Source of the DNA: Epiperipatus broadwayi
Taxonomy: Eukaryota; Animalia; Onychophora
Length of the DNA: 64,000 nt
Direction: 5' to 3'
Assembly (NCBI GenBank): GCA_028023455.1
Contig: JAQFVV010000005.1
Coordinates: forward strand, 12,586,001-12,650,000
Both the position numbers and the translations under genes were made by a program. Under the pieces are notes generated by a model. The model was given only the letters and a program-made list of their open reading frames with translations, did no database searches and was not told the DNA's origin. Of the stretch, positions 1 through 11,919 are shown in pieces (the first letter of the stretch is position 1; the number at the start of each line of letters is the position of its first letter).

Positions 1-790
1 TTATTGTAGAGAAAGAAGAGAATAATATTCTGATGTATTTAGATATAAAATTGCTGAAATCATATGAAAAAGGAAAATGTAGGATTGAAACATCAATTCA
101 TAAAAAAGGTATTATAGATAATAATATAACTAATTGGCATTCAAATATAAGTATAAAGTAAATACAGTATATTCTAGAATTCATAAAACAGTAAATTATT
201 GTTCGAGTAAAGAAGATTATGTTAAACAAATAGATTTAATTAAAGAATAATTTATAAATAATGATTATCCAAATAAATATATAAATGATAATATTAGATT
301 AATAGAAAATAAAATAGAATATATAAATAATAAAGTTAATTATATAGGTTATAAGGAAAGGGAATAATTATGTAGTTAAAAATGTAAATAAAATTATATG
401 TAAAATTAATAAAAAATTTACTAATGTATTAAATGTTAAAGTAGTTAATAAAAAAGGAAAAAATATGATTAGTATTTTAGAGAATAAGTATATTAGTATT
501 TATAATAAAATTCAGATAATGAAATAAATGGAATATATGCTATTAATTGTAAAAAGTGTCAAATTAATAATCTAAAAGTAAATTATGGAGAAACAAAAAA
601 AATTCAATATATAGAAGACTAGTACAACATAAATATGATAAAAATTCACCAATATATTTACATAAATTAGAAACAGGGTATGAATTTGAAAAGGATTGTA
701 TAAGGATGGTACAATTTACAGATAATAAAAGGGATAGAAAAACTACTAAAGGTTTTAAATTTAATAACAGTCATTTATTTTGAGAGAAAA
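1..790 (+). mobile_element. Degraded Penelope-like element, RT thumb plus GIY-YIG endonuclease, running off the left edge
   Basis: From nt 3 the frame reads IVEKEENNILMYLDIKLL...IETSIHKK...NWHSN (PLE RT C-terminus). From nt 530 it reads GIYAINCKKC...YGETKK, with RRLVQH in a shifted frame (GIY-YIG). Stops and frameshifts are present. Confidence 0.8.
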
Positions 791-1610
791 GATAACATTT
801 GGAGGCCAAGGTTGGAAAACACGTGGTTACAGTTTGATCAGTTTTGAAAGAAAGTAAAATTTTTATCCTTCCGTGCAAGAAATTTTGAAGAATAGGAGAG
901 GCATTACAAAAGTCAAATATAGAATAGGTGACTTGGAAAATAAGGAATATGGATTGCATTTGTATTCCACAATGTGTGTATAATCGGCAGAAAGAAATTA
1001 GACATGCTCTAGTAGTGTACTGTGTGTGGTGACGTTTATCACTGGAAATGTTGGAATAAGACTAGGAAGGTTGTAACAGGTTTATGGTTATGTAGTCAGT
1101 GTGCAAATGTGATAAAAGAGGTGAGCAAGTGGTTTCTAAGTATAGGTAGTCCAAAGAGAAAGTCAGGGGAAAGGGAGGAAGATAGGACAGAGTATGGTTT
1201 TAATGGAGTGTCAGGAGATATGGATGGAGAAAATAATAGTGCAATGGAGATGATTAGCCAAAGAATAAGTATTACACATAAGCATAGAAAATATCAATTA
1301 TGGAAATTTAAATATAATGTCTGCACCCATGTTGACTTATATGTTGAACTATAAATTGTGTGTAATTAATATGCTTTGTTTTTAGTAGAAACAGTATGAT
1401 TATTAGATATTGTATTAGTACAAATAGATTGTACTTAAATGTTTGGCTATAGCTTACTATCATTTATTTAACTTGTGAATTTCTGATAACTATTAATAAA
1501 ATATAAAAGAACTTGTAGAGATTATGGTCAGATGGTAAATTCATACCATATAATACTAAATCATCCATGCACTTTACTACTGTTATATAATGCTTTATTT
1601 ACCACCCTCT

Positions 1611-1650
1611 TTTACCGTTGCGATTGCCTCTGCAATCTTCTTCAGAACTC
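1611..1650 (-). ncRNA. Hammerhead-ribozyme-like remnant
   Basis: Minus strand reads CTGAAGA-A-GATTGC-agag-GCAATC-GCAAC. Stem II is a perfect 6 bp. GAAA is changed to GCAA and stem I is weak. Confidence 0.5.
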
Positions 1651-1949
1651 TTATATCTCGTACCTTCAATTTGCCCCAGCAATTGAAACTGTAAAAGAGG
1701 GTAGTAAATAAAGCATTGTGTAACAGTGGTAAACTGCATGGATAATTTAGTATTACATGGTATACATTTGGCAATGCAATAAGAAAGAGTAATTATTAAA
1801 GTAAATTCATTAGAGGCATTATTAAATTCTTCAATTCTAGCACGAGACTCAGATATAATAGTCACTATCTATGTGGTTCATAGTTTGCATTTATCCTCAT
1901 TTGCCTAACCCATGGATGATAAATGCCTTTTATGAAGCAAATGCCATAA

Positions 1950-4300
1950 CAACTATGGATTGTCCTGAATCTTGATTGAACTCCAGTCGATCTGGGGAAA
2001 GAAATTTATTTGAATCATTATGAGAATTACAATTTTTAGACAGTAATTCTTTGTATATTCTTGATTTGAGACACATTTTAGGTGATGAAACTATTTCTTC
2101 AGTAATTATTTCTTATGCATTTTTTTGTGAAACAGCTCTTCTGATATCTTGTGGAAGAATTTGTGAAAAACAGAAAGCTACTTCAAAGACTTAGATTTGA
2201 ACATATCAGTAATAATTCTCATGGTAATATTTAAATGAGTGTCCAGTTTAGTGAGGAACTTTTTTTTCTGAACAGTCATTCAACACCATAACATGCTAGT
2301 GCTTAGGAAACTAGTTATGAAGTATTTGCATCATTTTCTCAGATAATCCCAGCTAGCTTTCCAAAGAAGTTATTCCCAGAAGTTAATTTTGATGTTACCT
2401 TAGCTAAATGAATATAATAAGTTAGGCTATTTAAAAGTTACTTTAAATAGCATGAGAAAAGATTGTATTTTTGCAAAGGATTATATTCAGATTACAAAAT
2501 GATTTTCTGTTATTTATATGAAAAATTGAGCATACAGTCTTCATTGGATTAGGGATAGGACTTTAGTCTTTGAAAAAGATTTCCAATCTTTTCATAATCC
2601 TTATTGAGACATTTTTATTTCAGAAAATCAGCTTAAGTTAATTCTCAGCATTCTGTTTTGGGAAAGTCACTGATAAATATATTAAATAGATGAGAGAGAA
2701 CTGAACCGTGTGAATATGTATATGTTTTGTATCTATTATGATTATAATTGAATTTTTCTATTGGAGAGCAGTTTGCCTGCATTTAAGAACTTTAGAAATT
2801 TTTAGAATATTTTTCCAAGCAGAATCATAAGCTGAAGTTAGATCAATAGAAGTTGTACCAGCTTTTAATTATTTTGAAAATCTCTTTTAATATGACTTGT
2901 TGAAGACAAAACTTGATCACAGCAACCTCTTCCTGGCCTAAACCGTGTCTGATATATAGGTAGATTGCTTTCAACTATGGGGCAAAATTTTTTATTATGA
3001 TTCTTTCACAAAGCTTTGATAGATCATATAATAATGATATTGGTCATTGCTAAGACTAATTTTGTTTTTATGCCAATTTTTTTGAATAATTTTTGTATAA
3101 ATAATGTTATTGAATAGTTTGCCAGCTATGCTTTGGCTTTGAATCATTTTTTAGAAACTCTGGAAATATACTATTTGCTTTGGGGCTTTTTCTGATTTAA
3201 AACAACCATGGGTAAGTTCAAATTCATCAACATTTTCAGGTTTTATCAGACTGATTTAGAGAAACATTGTGAAAGAGAAGCTTGCAATTTTGCTCTGAAA
3301 ATGATTTTTCTCATTCTTACAATCTTGAATTTAGAAGTTTGACATGTGAGGTTGGGAACTTCATTTGAGATTTTTTTACATACACCTAGTTTTCATAAAA
3401 AAGACCAGGTTGCTTTTCCAATAGTCTCCATTTTTCTTTTCTGGTATGATTCAATGATTTTACAAGTGTATCAACAATTTCTGGTTCACAGGTAGACTAA
3501 AATTGAATATAGAAATCACTGCTGATTTATTCTTTCCTGGAATGAATTGCTTTAGATATTGAAGAGGGACTCTTTGGCAACTGTTAATATCAGTTTGTTA
3601 AACATGTTATTGCAAGAGATAATTAACAAGATTCTATTAATATTTCATTTCATTTTGGAACAAGATAACTTTCAACTATAGGAAGGTGAATTCTGAGAGA
3701 GACTACAATTGCTTTAAGTATTATGGAAATCATTCAATATGTATATAGTTTAGAAGTAATGATAAATCATTTTTTATTGAAACAAAACATCCATTTCCCA
3801 CCTGCCTATATTGAATATTTCTCATTTTTTAGCATTGTAAAATAAATGTATGTTGTTTAAATCCATCCATTTTAAAACTTGACAACCTGCTTACATATTG
3901 CCAAAGCCTGTTTGAGAATTGAAACCTATAAACACAGAAATTTTAGGAAGATCTGGAAGACAATGATAATAGTAATAGTTTGTATTGGGAGGTTAGCAAG
4001 TGTTGCATACATAAAAATTATTTATCTGAATTGTGATAGCAATAATATTTGAACTACCTTCAATGGTAGATATTTGCTTTACAAGATTATTTGAATCAAA
4101 AAGTAAGTTTACAATGCATTCTATCAATAATCAGTGTAAATTCAGGAATTTTAAGAAGATATGCATTATTGGAAGAATGATGAGTCTGCTGAAATGCAAT
4201 TACATCAATATTATGATGAACAATTAATTAGTAGAGAGTCCCCATTTTTGATTTGGTATACCATTAGTGTTGAAGTAATTTTATTGTATTTCCTAGATAA
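1950..4300 (-). mobile_element. Degraded non-LTR retrotransposon (APE + RT), Ingi/Vingi-like
   Basis: Minus-strand fragments: HNIDVIAFQQTH...LKIPEF (APE N-terminus, ~4200); LPDLPKISVFIGFNS (GDFN-like, ~3940); FRPGRGCCDQVLS...SIDLTSAYDSAW (RT, ~2950-2820); KLAG...DANT...TMRII (~2350-2200). Many stops. The clade assignment rests on motif recall. Confidence 0.7.
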
Positions 4301-5800
4301 AGAGAAAATCACTCCCTATATGATATATCTGGCAATTAAGATGTTCCATGATTTCCATCAATATGCAGTTATTTTTCATTTTGAAAATCTAGGATCCTCA
4401 TATCAGTAAAGTGTAATTTTATAATTTACCATCTTTAACTAGTTTGTGGAAATTACAAGTGAACCATAAAAAAGGTTCATTATCATCTTGGATAGCTTTT
4501 AGTATCTAAATAGTTTAACTATTTAACAGCATTTCCTATCACATATTGTTAAAAATTATTGGTTTAATTTTAAATGATTGTTGTTACTCGGTAACTTTCA
4601 TTACTGACTCTTTAATATATTTCAATTATGGTAATTATATATACATTAAGTTTATTATAAGGAAGGTATAGACTCCATATCAATGTAACATAAAAAGACA
4701 TTGGAAAAATTTTGTCAGTGTTTCATAAAACCCATTAGTGTGTTCTATGTTGAATCTATTTTTGTTAAGCCATAATTTCATCGATTATGTGAAACAAAGG
4801 AACAACAACAACCCTATAAATTAGGTTATTTTATGTTAAACATGAGCATTATTTTTATTGCAAGAAAGTAGAACTAGATTACTTTAAAAAGATCGTATTA
4901 AAAACACTCTAAAGTGGTACACTATTGTCAGTTTTTTTGGAATGATGTGACTGTAGGATTAAATACAATGGAGAATTACAGTTAACAAATATACATTTTT
5001 TCAAAAAGTTAGCATTCATTGTAGAAAACAGAAAATGTCAAATATACAGAGTAAAAGCTAGCATATAGGTTTGTATTAGCATTGTAAAACTCATCTTTCA
5101 CTTTTTTTATTGTCTTTATTGTATTTTATGTCTATGTGTTTATTTATAAGTAGCTATTAATATATTATAAGCAGCTTTCTATATTTTTTTATTAGTTATA
5201 TCTTTATACATTATATAAATAACAAAATGAATGGTTGAATCCATTTTTGGCGCAATATGCCGTGATTCATGACAGTCAACTATTAAATTGAAAAACTGTT
5301 ATTTAATGGCCAAAATTCAAGAGTTACTCAGTTGTATATTTCCATATCTATTCAAAACATTATTAGAATTTGCTGTTTATTGATTCATTACATACAATTC
5401 TAATTTTATGAGAGCAACAATCATACCCAGATTCTTTCTTTTGACCAAAAAAATTAAATTAAATTGAGGATTAGATTTAAATTTTTTATATAAATAAATA
5501 TGCTATTTAAAAATTCAACTATCCTTAATTTTAATATTATATAAATACGTAATTTTGATAGTGCTTTTATAATAACTTCTATTAACTAACACATGCTCTA
5601 ATCTGTATTTTTCAACTTTGTATTACTTTATTATTATAGATATTGTTGGGATTTAATAAGAACTCAAAGTTTTATTTATATTTGGACTCCAAATCATGTT
5701 AGTCTGATATATTAAAATGCATTTAAAGGTTATGGCAGTTATAATCATTGTACCTATTATCTTGGTTTAGTTAATTAAGATAGTAAAAACATAAAGTGAA

Positions 5801-5920
5801 TTAAAACAGGCAAAACTCTCCATACAGTAGTGCCACTCAGTTCAAGTCAGAATAATCAATGGATGCCAGATATCTTGCACTGAGTGACACTACAGTATGG
5901 AGAGTTTTTGTCTGTTTTAA
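5801..5920. repeat. 120-bp fold-back (MITE-like) element bounded by TTAA
   Basis: TTAAAACAGGCAAAACTCTCCATACAGTAGTGCCACTCAGTTCAAG pairs with the reverse complement of 5874-5920, with about 5 differences. Confidence 0.75.
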
Positions 5921-6109
5921 CAACTTGAGCAAGCATAAGAAATGATAATCATGTGAAAATGAATTAAGTAAAACATTAAGGATAATTATGAGATCCATTA
6001 CTATAAACATTGGCCTCGTTTAATGGTACATTTAGTATTTAGCAATGAAAATGCTTTACAGGCTTTAAAATAATTTCTTACACTATGAATTATTACTGTT
6101 GCTTAAATA

Positions 6110-6950
6110 TGACATCATAATCCTTTTTAATTATTATCCAGTCACTAGAGGACAGTTTTTCCAAGTTTAATCCAGTTTCTGTAATCTACAGATTTCTTCA
6201 CATCAGCAAATTATCGTAACTGCATTAATCCATATCTTTAATTTTACAATCTCTTGGGATCCAACTGCCTATCTATTATCATCTTTTTTACAATATGTTT
6301 GGCCCAGTTTCATTTCAGTATCTTAATTCTTTTACTGTGGTCAATGATATTTAATTGTTTTTTTATCTCTGATTTCACTTTTGATTTCTTTTTGTTTCTG
6401 CCAATTACATTTATTCATATAATGAAATCATTGTATTGCTCAAGTTAAGCGTCAGAATTTCAGATCCAAAAGTAAGAATTGATAAGGCACATTTATTAAA
6501 AATGCTTTTTAAATAAATAGGCATATTTTTTTTTTTTTTGGATATTGTGTTATTTCTGCCAAATTATTTTATCCAAGTTTAATTCAATGATTAATTTCAT
6601 CTATTTTATTTCTATCTATATTAGTCATCGACTAAGGTATTTATGACTAAGGTATTTGTAAGTGTTAACTTTCTAATTCATGATTATCAGTCTTTATTTT
6701 TTTTTTGAGATAATCTATTCAACATTTCTTTAGACATTTTGGCATTTATCTTTAGTTATGCTTTTACATTTCCTGAAGCATTATTTGTAAAAATAATTTC
6801 ATGTCTTAAATAAACTACAAGGGTTTTTATTTCCTTAGTAAAGAGGCATAATTAGCAAAAAAAATCAAATATCAGAGATTCCTTCTCTCAATTGCTTTTT
6901 GGACAATGTTTTCACATATTTCTCCTCTAACATTGAAAAAAATATTACTG
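6110..6950 (-). mobile_element. Degraded RTE-clade LINE 3' fragment
   Basis: Minus strand gives a WAKHIV...DNR...WIPRDCK-like C-terminus, followed by GTCCTCTAGTGACTG...ATGATG, which resembles an RTE 3' tail. Confidence 0.5.
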
Positions 6951-8142
6951 AATTTTAATATTATAATGACATTTTATAGTAAAACTTTAAATTGCTGAAC
7001 TTTATTAAAATTTATAGTTTAGCTATGAAAAAAATTACTAGAACATAAAAATGACAAACAATGGTAAACTAGTATTAATGATAAAACATTTTTTGCCCAG
7101 TCATAATATCTTATTATCTAAACTGTCATGTTGACCTAAGAACATTAATCAAATGTCTGTATGGAATTCTGTTAGCCAAGAGGGGTATAAATCAAATGAT
7201 ATTATTAGAAGAGTATACTTATAATTTTTAATTGGAGTTAAGTAGGACTATCATTGTTACTCTCAAATAGGTACTAAATATCTACTGCACAGTATATTTT
7301 GGTTCTAGTATTTATTGTGCATTATTTTTGGATTCTATCGGACCATTCCTAATATAAGCTTAATTCATATTGGTGATTTTTCTTATTCATATTAATTGTT
7401 TAGTTGGAATATTTAGGTATAAATGTTAATTGGGATTTTTAATCTGTGATAATCTGAATCAATGTTATATTTATACTTTCTTGATAGTATCATTTTCATA
7501 GTTTGCAAAATCTGCATGATGGATAATTAATCTGATGATGAAGTGTTATTACTGTAGATAGAAAAATCTGAGGCAATAATATATAGTAGTTTCAATTTTG
7601 ATGACTAACATTCAGAACTGTTATAGATGATTTAATGAATCAGAGATCAAGATGTGATATAAGTCTGATATTAAAGTTTTTAATTTGAAGTAATGTTAAA
7701 CAAAACAAGAATTGCATCTGTTTAATTTTTGAATTTGGAGTATGCCAATGATTACTATCTTTGCAAATTCAAAAAATTATATACAGAATATATCAAATAT
7801 TTTAAATGCAATATATAAAAATTTTAGTTTAGCAATTAATTTTTCCAAAAAATTCAAATTCTTTTTCTATCACTGCTGGGAAGAAACTTTTCAGCAACAA
7901 CTGATTTGTATGATTACCTACTTGATGCACAGCATAGACTTCAATGTGCTGCTACTGCTTTTGATATGTTAAAAGATTCACTGCAGTGTTTTAACAATTG
8001 CAACTGAGTTAGTGGATCATAAAGATGTTATATGCCCAACTTATTTTGTGAAAGTGAATATTGATTCCCCTATATATTAAAATTTTATTTAAGGATGTAA
8101 AATTATAAAAATATGATGGGAAGATCATACAAATCAGGATGT

Positions 8143-8443
8143 TTTTCTTGTTTTCCTGAAGGTTTGTGATTTATGGTGTTTTAGTTGTAATTATATATTG
8201 GACTATTTCCACCACCCATCTAAGATTAGTATTGAATGTCTTTAGAAAAATTTAACTTTATTTAAATATTCCAAATTCATTCAACTGTTAATAATAGCAC
8301 ACAGGTTAGTATATGCACAATGTTTCGAGAGATACTCTTGTCCCCTCTTCTTCAGGTGTTGCTGGCCTGACCAGTGACAGTACTAGCATGGGAATCGAAC
8401 CTGGACTCTTAAATTTTTGAGTATTGAATCAACTGAGCCATAC
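8143..8443 (-). mobile_element. PLE 3' terminal module: tRNA-like A/B boxes, then hammerhead, then AT-rich tail
   Basis: A box TGGCTCAGTTGA at 8440-8429 and B box GGTTCGATTCC at 8401-8391. HHR at 8359-8315. The module directly follows the minus-strand GIY-YIG ORF remnant and is homologous to 10513-10790 and 34250-34560. Confidence 0.75.
8315..8359 (-). ncRNA. Minimal type-I hammerhead ribozyme motif
   Basis: ACAC-CTGAAGA-A-GAGGGG-acaagagta-TCTCTC-GAAA-CA-TT-GTGC. The core is intact, stem II is 6 bp with G-U pairs, and stem I is 3 bp. Confidence 0.7.
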
Positions 8444-8449
8444 TTCCAA

Positions 8450-9470
8450 AGTCAACAGCCAGAAGAAGTTGATTAGTAGTTTCCATACATTGTATAGTCA
8501 CACTAAGTTGACTTATGGGATTATTTGTCATTGTCATATGAGCAGCTTCTTTAAATTTTCTTCTTTGTACTTTTTTTTTCTACCAATATTTTTGTATTTT
8601 CCCAATTGAACATATGTTCATTGGTACATGCCAGGTCTACTAGCTTAAATATATCTGTTTTCTCTCTTCTAATCATCAGTTTGGGTTCTTACAAGTGCTT
8701 TTCAATGTAACAATTGGTCTCGCCAATATATATTTTTCCACGTTCGCATGGCAGGTTTTTCTTTTCAGCATTTCAAGTTAGGCTTTGTAGATATTAGAAT
8801 TCCTCATTGTGTGGTATGACTCGGGAAAGCTGTTCTGATGTCCCATACTGATTGCAGATTTTTCTTAATTTGTCTGCTATTTTTGGTATGTATGGGTATA
8901 CTCCAATAGCAATAATTGTTTTTTTCTTTTGATATTTTTTTTGTTGTCTAGTTAAGACTTTTTTAATAACAGCTGATGGATAATTGTTTTTCATAAGAAT
9001 TTATTTTGCATAGATCTTTTTTTTTTTAAATTGCTGATTTCTGAACAAATTCTTTTGCTGTGTTCCATAGTGATAGTATAACTCTATGTCTTGTGTTTCT
9101 GGTGTGATAGGTTAAGTATTTCCTGTGTGTGGGGTTTTTTGGTAAACTGTAGTTTTGGTTTTGCCATAAGGGAGTCTTGTTACAAGATTATCTAAGAATG
9201 CCAATTTTTGTTTTAATTCTATAGTGAATTTAATTGAAGAGGATATGTTTTTGATGTATTTCCAGAAAGTTTGTAGTAGTGCTTCACTATGTGCCATACA
9301 ACAAATACATCATCTTCATAGCGAAACCAAACTTTAGATAGATATGGAGTAGTTTTTATTGCTGTGATTTCAAGTTTTTCCATGTAATTATTGCTAATCA
9401 GAAGTGACAATGGTGAGCCGATAGCCATTCCTTGATTTTGTTGGAAGAATTCTGTGTTATATTGAAAGTA
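8450..9470 (-). mobile_element. Penelope-like element, RT + GIY-YIG, 5' truncated and degraded
   Basis: ORF track 9219-9515 has QNQGMAIGSPLS...VWFRYEDDVFVVW (RT; YVDD changed to YEDD). 9112-9297 has KLAFLDNLV...TTVYQK, and 8794-8994 has NNYPSAVIKKV. A YIGET-type EN remnant lies at ~8460-8760. Confidence 0.9.
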
Positions 9471-9479
9471 GATTGTTCT

Positions 9480-9745
9480 TATGCTTCTATGAAATATGTG
9501 AATATGGAAGAACATATATTGGTGAGACCAGTCATCCCATTGAAAAGCGCTTGCAAGAACACAATTTGATAATTAGAAGAGAGAAAACAGATATGTCTAA
9601 GGTAGCAGACCATATATGTACCAATCAACATAATTCAATTGGGAAAATGCAAAAATAATGGATAGAGAAGAAAAGCTACAAAGAAGAAAATTTAAAGAAA
9701 CTACTTACATGACAATGGTAAACAATCCCATAAGTTAACCTACTG
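9480..9745 (+). mobile_element. Inverted second copy of the PLE GIY-YIG segment
   Basis: ORF 9473-9658 has CEYGRTYIGETSHPIEKRLQEH...KVADH. It is a diverged reverse complement of 8460-8760. Confidence 0.85.
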
Positions 9746-9811
9746 CGATCTTAGGAAAAGGTGAAGAAATCCGGAGAAACTCATAGAGAAGTACAGTACA
9801 TCTAAACCTCA

Positions 9812-10510
9812 CTTAGCGATTGGCTACTTAGCTATATTTCACAGTAGCGATCATCATCAATTTGCACCCACTACTTTGATTTATAATCGATTATTCACTA
9901 TAACGATCGGGAAATTTTTTTTTTTTTTAATTTAGAACGTATAAACTTAAAATATATAATTAATGAATCTATAATACTGTATACTGTACATATAATTGTT
10001 GAATATCTTTTAAAAAAATTAAACTTTATTCAATATAATGTACAGTACTTGGATTATTTAAATAAAGTTTAATTTTTCTAAAGACATTCAACACTTATAT
10101 TAGATGATGAAATAGTCCAGTATATAAATATGGTACAGTACAACTAAAATACCATCATCACAAACTTTCAGAAAAATTAATTACTGTATATTATTTTTTG
10201 AACATCTGGTAATTATGTAAAAATAGTTATTGATTTTGTAACTTCGTTAAGTCAAATCAAAAGAAAAACAACATTTTAAAATGAATGTTGAATTAGAAAA
10301 AAGTTTATAAAGAAAAATAGATTGCATTTGGTGTTAATGAATATTTTTTTTTAATATGCACTTTATTCCTAAGTTAGTGTAATTTTTTAGCTTTAGGAAC
10401 CGACCAATTTTTTTCCCATAGATCCCCATTATAAATACATACTCTGTATACGATAGATATTCTTGCTTAACGATGAGTTTTGGAGAACCACTTGCCATCG
10501 CTAAGGGGGA
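9812..10510. mobile_element. Possible Tigger/pogo-like MITE remnant, interrupted
   Basis: The left end TACAGTACATC...CTTAGCGAT and the right end ATCGCTAAGGGGGA share the inverted motif CTTAGCGAT/ATCGCTAAG. A PLE-tail fragment lies inside at ~10030-10180. Confidence 0.35.
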
Positions 10511-10512
10511 TA

Positions 10513-10790
10513 GGATGACTCAGTTGGTTAGAGTATTATCTTAAAATTCAGTACTCAAGAATCTAAGTCCAGGTTAGATTCTCTTGCTAGTACTATCACT
10601 GGTCAGGCCAGAAGCACCTGAAGAAGAGGGAGGAATAATACCTCTCGAAACATTGTGCATATACTAACCTGTATGCTATTACTAACAGTTGTATGTATTT
10701 GGAATATTTAAATAAAATTAAATTTTTCTAAAGACATTCAATACTCATATTAAATGATGGAAATAGTGCAATATATAAATACAGTATGTT
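10513..10790 (+). mobile_element. Stand-alone tRNA-like head + hammerhead module (SINE-like)
   Basis: A box TGACTCAGTTGG at 10516-10527, B-like GGTTAGATTCT at 10572-10582, HHR at 10614-10658. Homologous to the reverse complement of 8143-8443. Confidence 0.75.
10614..10658 (+). ncRNA. Minimal type-I hammerhead ribozyme motif
   Basis: GCAC-CTGAAGA-A-GAGGG-aggaataatac-CTCTC-GAAA-CA-TT-GTGC. Stem I is GCAC/GTGC and stem II is 5 bp. Predicted cleavage is after 10654. Confidence 0.72.
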
Positions 10791-11581
10791 GTTCATCTTG
10801 CTAGATATGATCTACTATCATAAAGTCAATCTTGATTGCATTAGGCATGTGAAACAAATAATACGAAATTTCCTAAAAAATGTAATGAGTCAACACATGT
10901 TTTTCATGGAAAAGGCAGATCGTGTTTTATATTATACAGAGTATCTAGAATATACTCTAAAGAAGTGCAATATTGATTATTTCATTGGGAGTCAGACTGG
11001 GAATAGAAGTGTTGAAATATTTCAAAAAGAAAGGTTAAGTTAAAAAGCAGCATTGCAAAATATTAAGCAAAGTAATGCACCAGCATATTTTATATGTAGA
11101 CATATTTGTGCTTTATGGTTGTTTGGTTTGTATAATTATCACAAACTCATAAGTAATGTTTTTGTTTTTTTTGAATCATAATAGCCATAGCTATTTTTGA
11201 GTGGTGGTTGCTGATGTACTGCTAACATTGCTAATTTTAATAAATAGTCTTAATCCACTGATGATTCTATGGATAAGACATCTATTCTGTTAATATTATT
11301 ATTCTGTTTTAAATTTTCTATTTAATATATTTTTGTAATAATCTAGTAATGCAATTATCATTCCAAACCTTTTCTTATTTCCAATAAAACAACTTTAAAG
11401 AATTTTATTCAAGATACATAAAAGTTTTTTAATGACCTGCAAAATATTTCATAATGCATAAACAAGTTACCACACACCAGAAGGATGAGATAATGCTTTT
11501 TTCAATCCTCTTGTGACAGTCATATGCTGTGTAATATTTTTTATGTTGTAATGCTTAATATGTTACAGTTTTGAACTACGT

Positions 11582-11919
11582 CAGTGATTCCCAACTTTGA
11601 GTGCACATACCCTCAGGGATATGAACCAGAATATTGGGGAAAGGTATTCACATCACCATTAATTGTTGTAATGTAGTTTTTAAATTAATTTGTGATGTAT
11701 TTATTTGAATTTTTTGTATCTGTTGAGTTTTGAATGTAAAATATATGTATTGTATGTTCATTTGATTGTTCCATTGCTTTTTTAATCACATTATTAGAGT
11801 ATTTATTTACAATTACAAGATGTAAATTTGAAATAGTAACATTTTACTAATATAGAGTACTATTTATGGAAATGGGTTGCCAAAAATACTCTTCTGTGAA
11901 GAAAAATTGGAAATCACCA
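11582..11919. mobile_element. hAT (Charlie/Buster-like) MITE
   Basis: Left TIR CAGTGATTCCCAAC and degenerate right TIR TTGGAAATCACCA. The left flank AACTACGT fits nnnTAnnn, but the right TSD does not match. Confidence 0.55.

Noticed and set aside
4033-4409. Two overlapping plus-strand ORFs (64 and 82 aa)
   Set aside because: They are antisense to the APE endonuclease remnant of the minus-strand LINE and have no independent protein features.
8391-8443. A/B-box segments as true tRNA genes (also 10513-10590, 20850-20915, ~59750)
   Set aside because: No complete cloverleaf could be drawn, and most are embedded in repeated TE modules.
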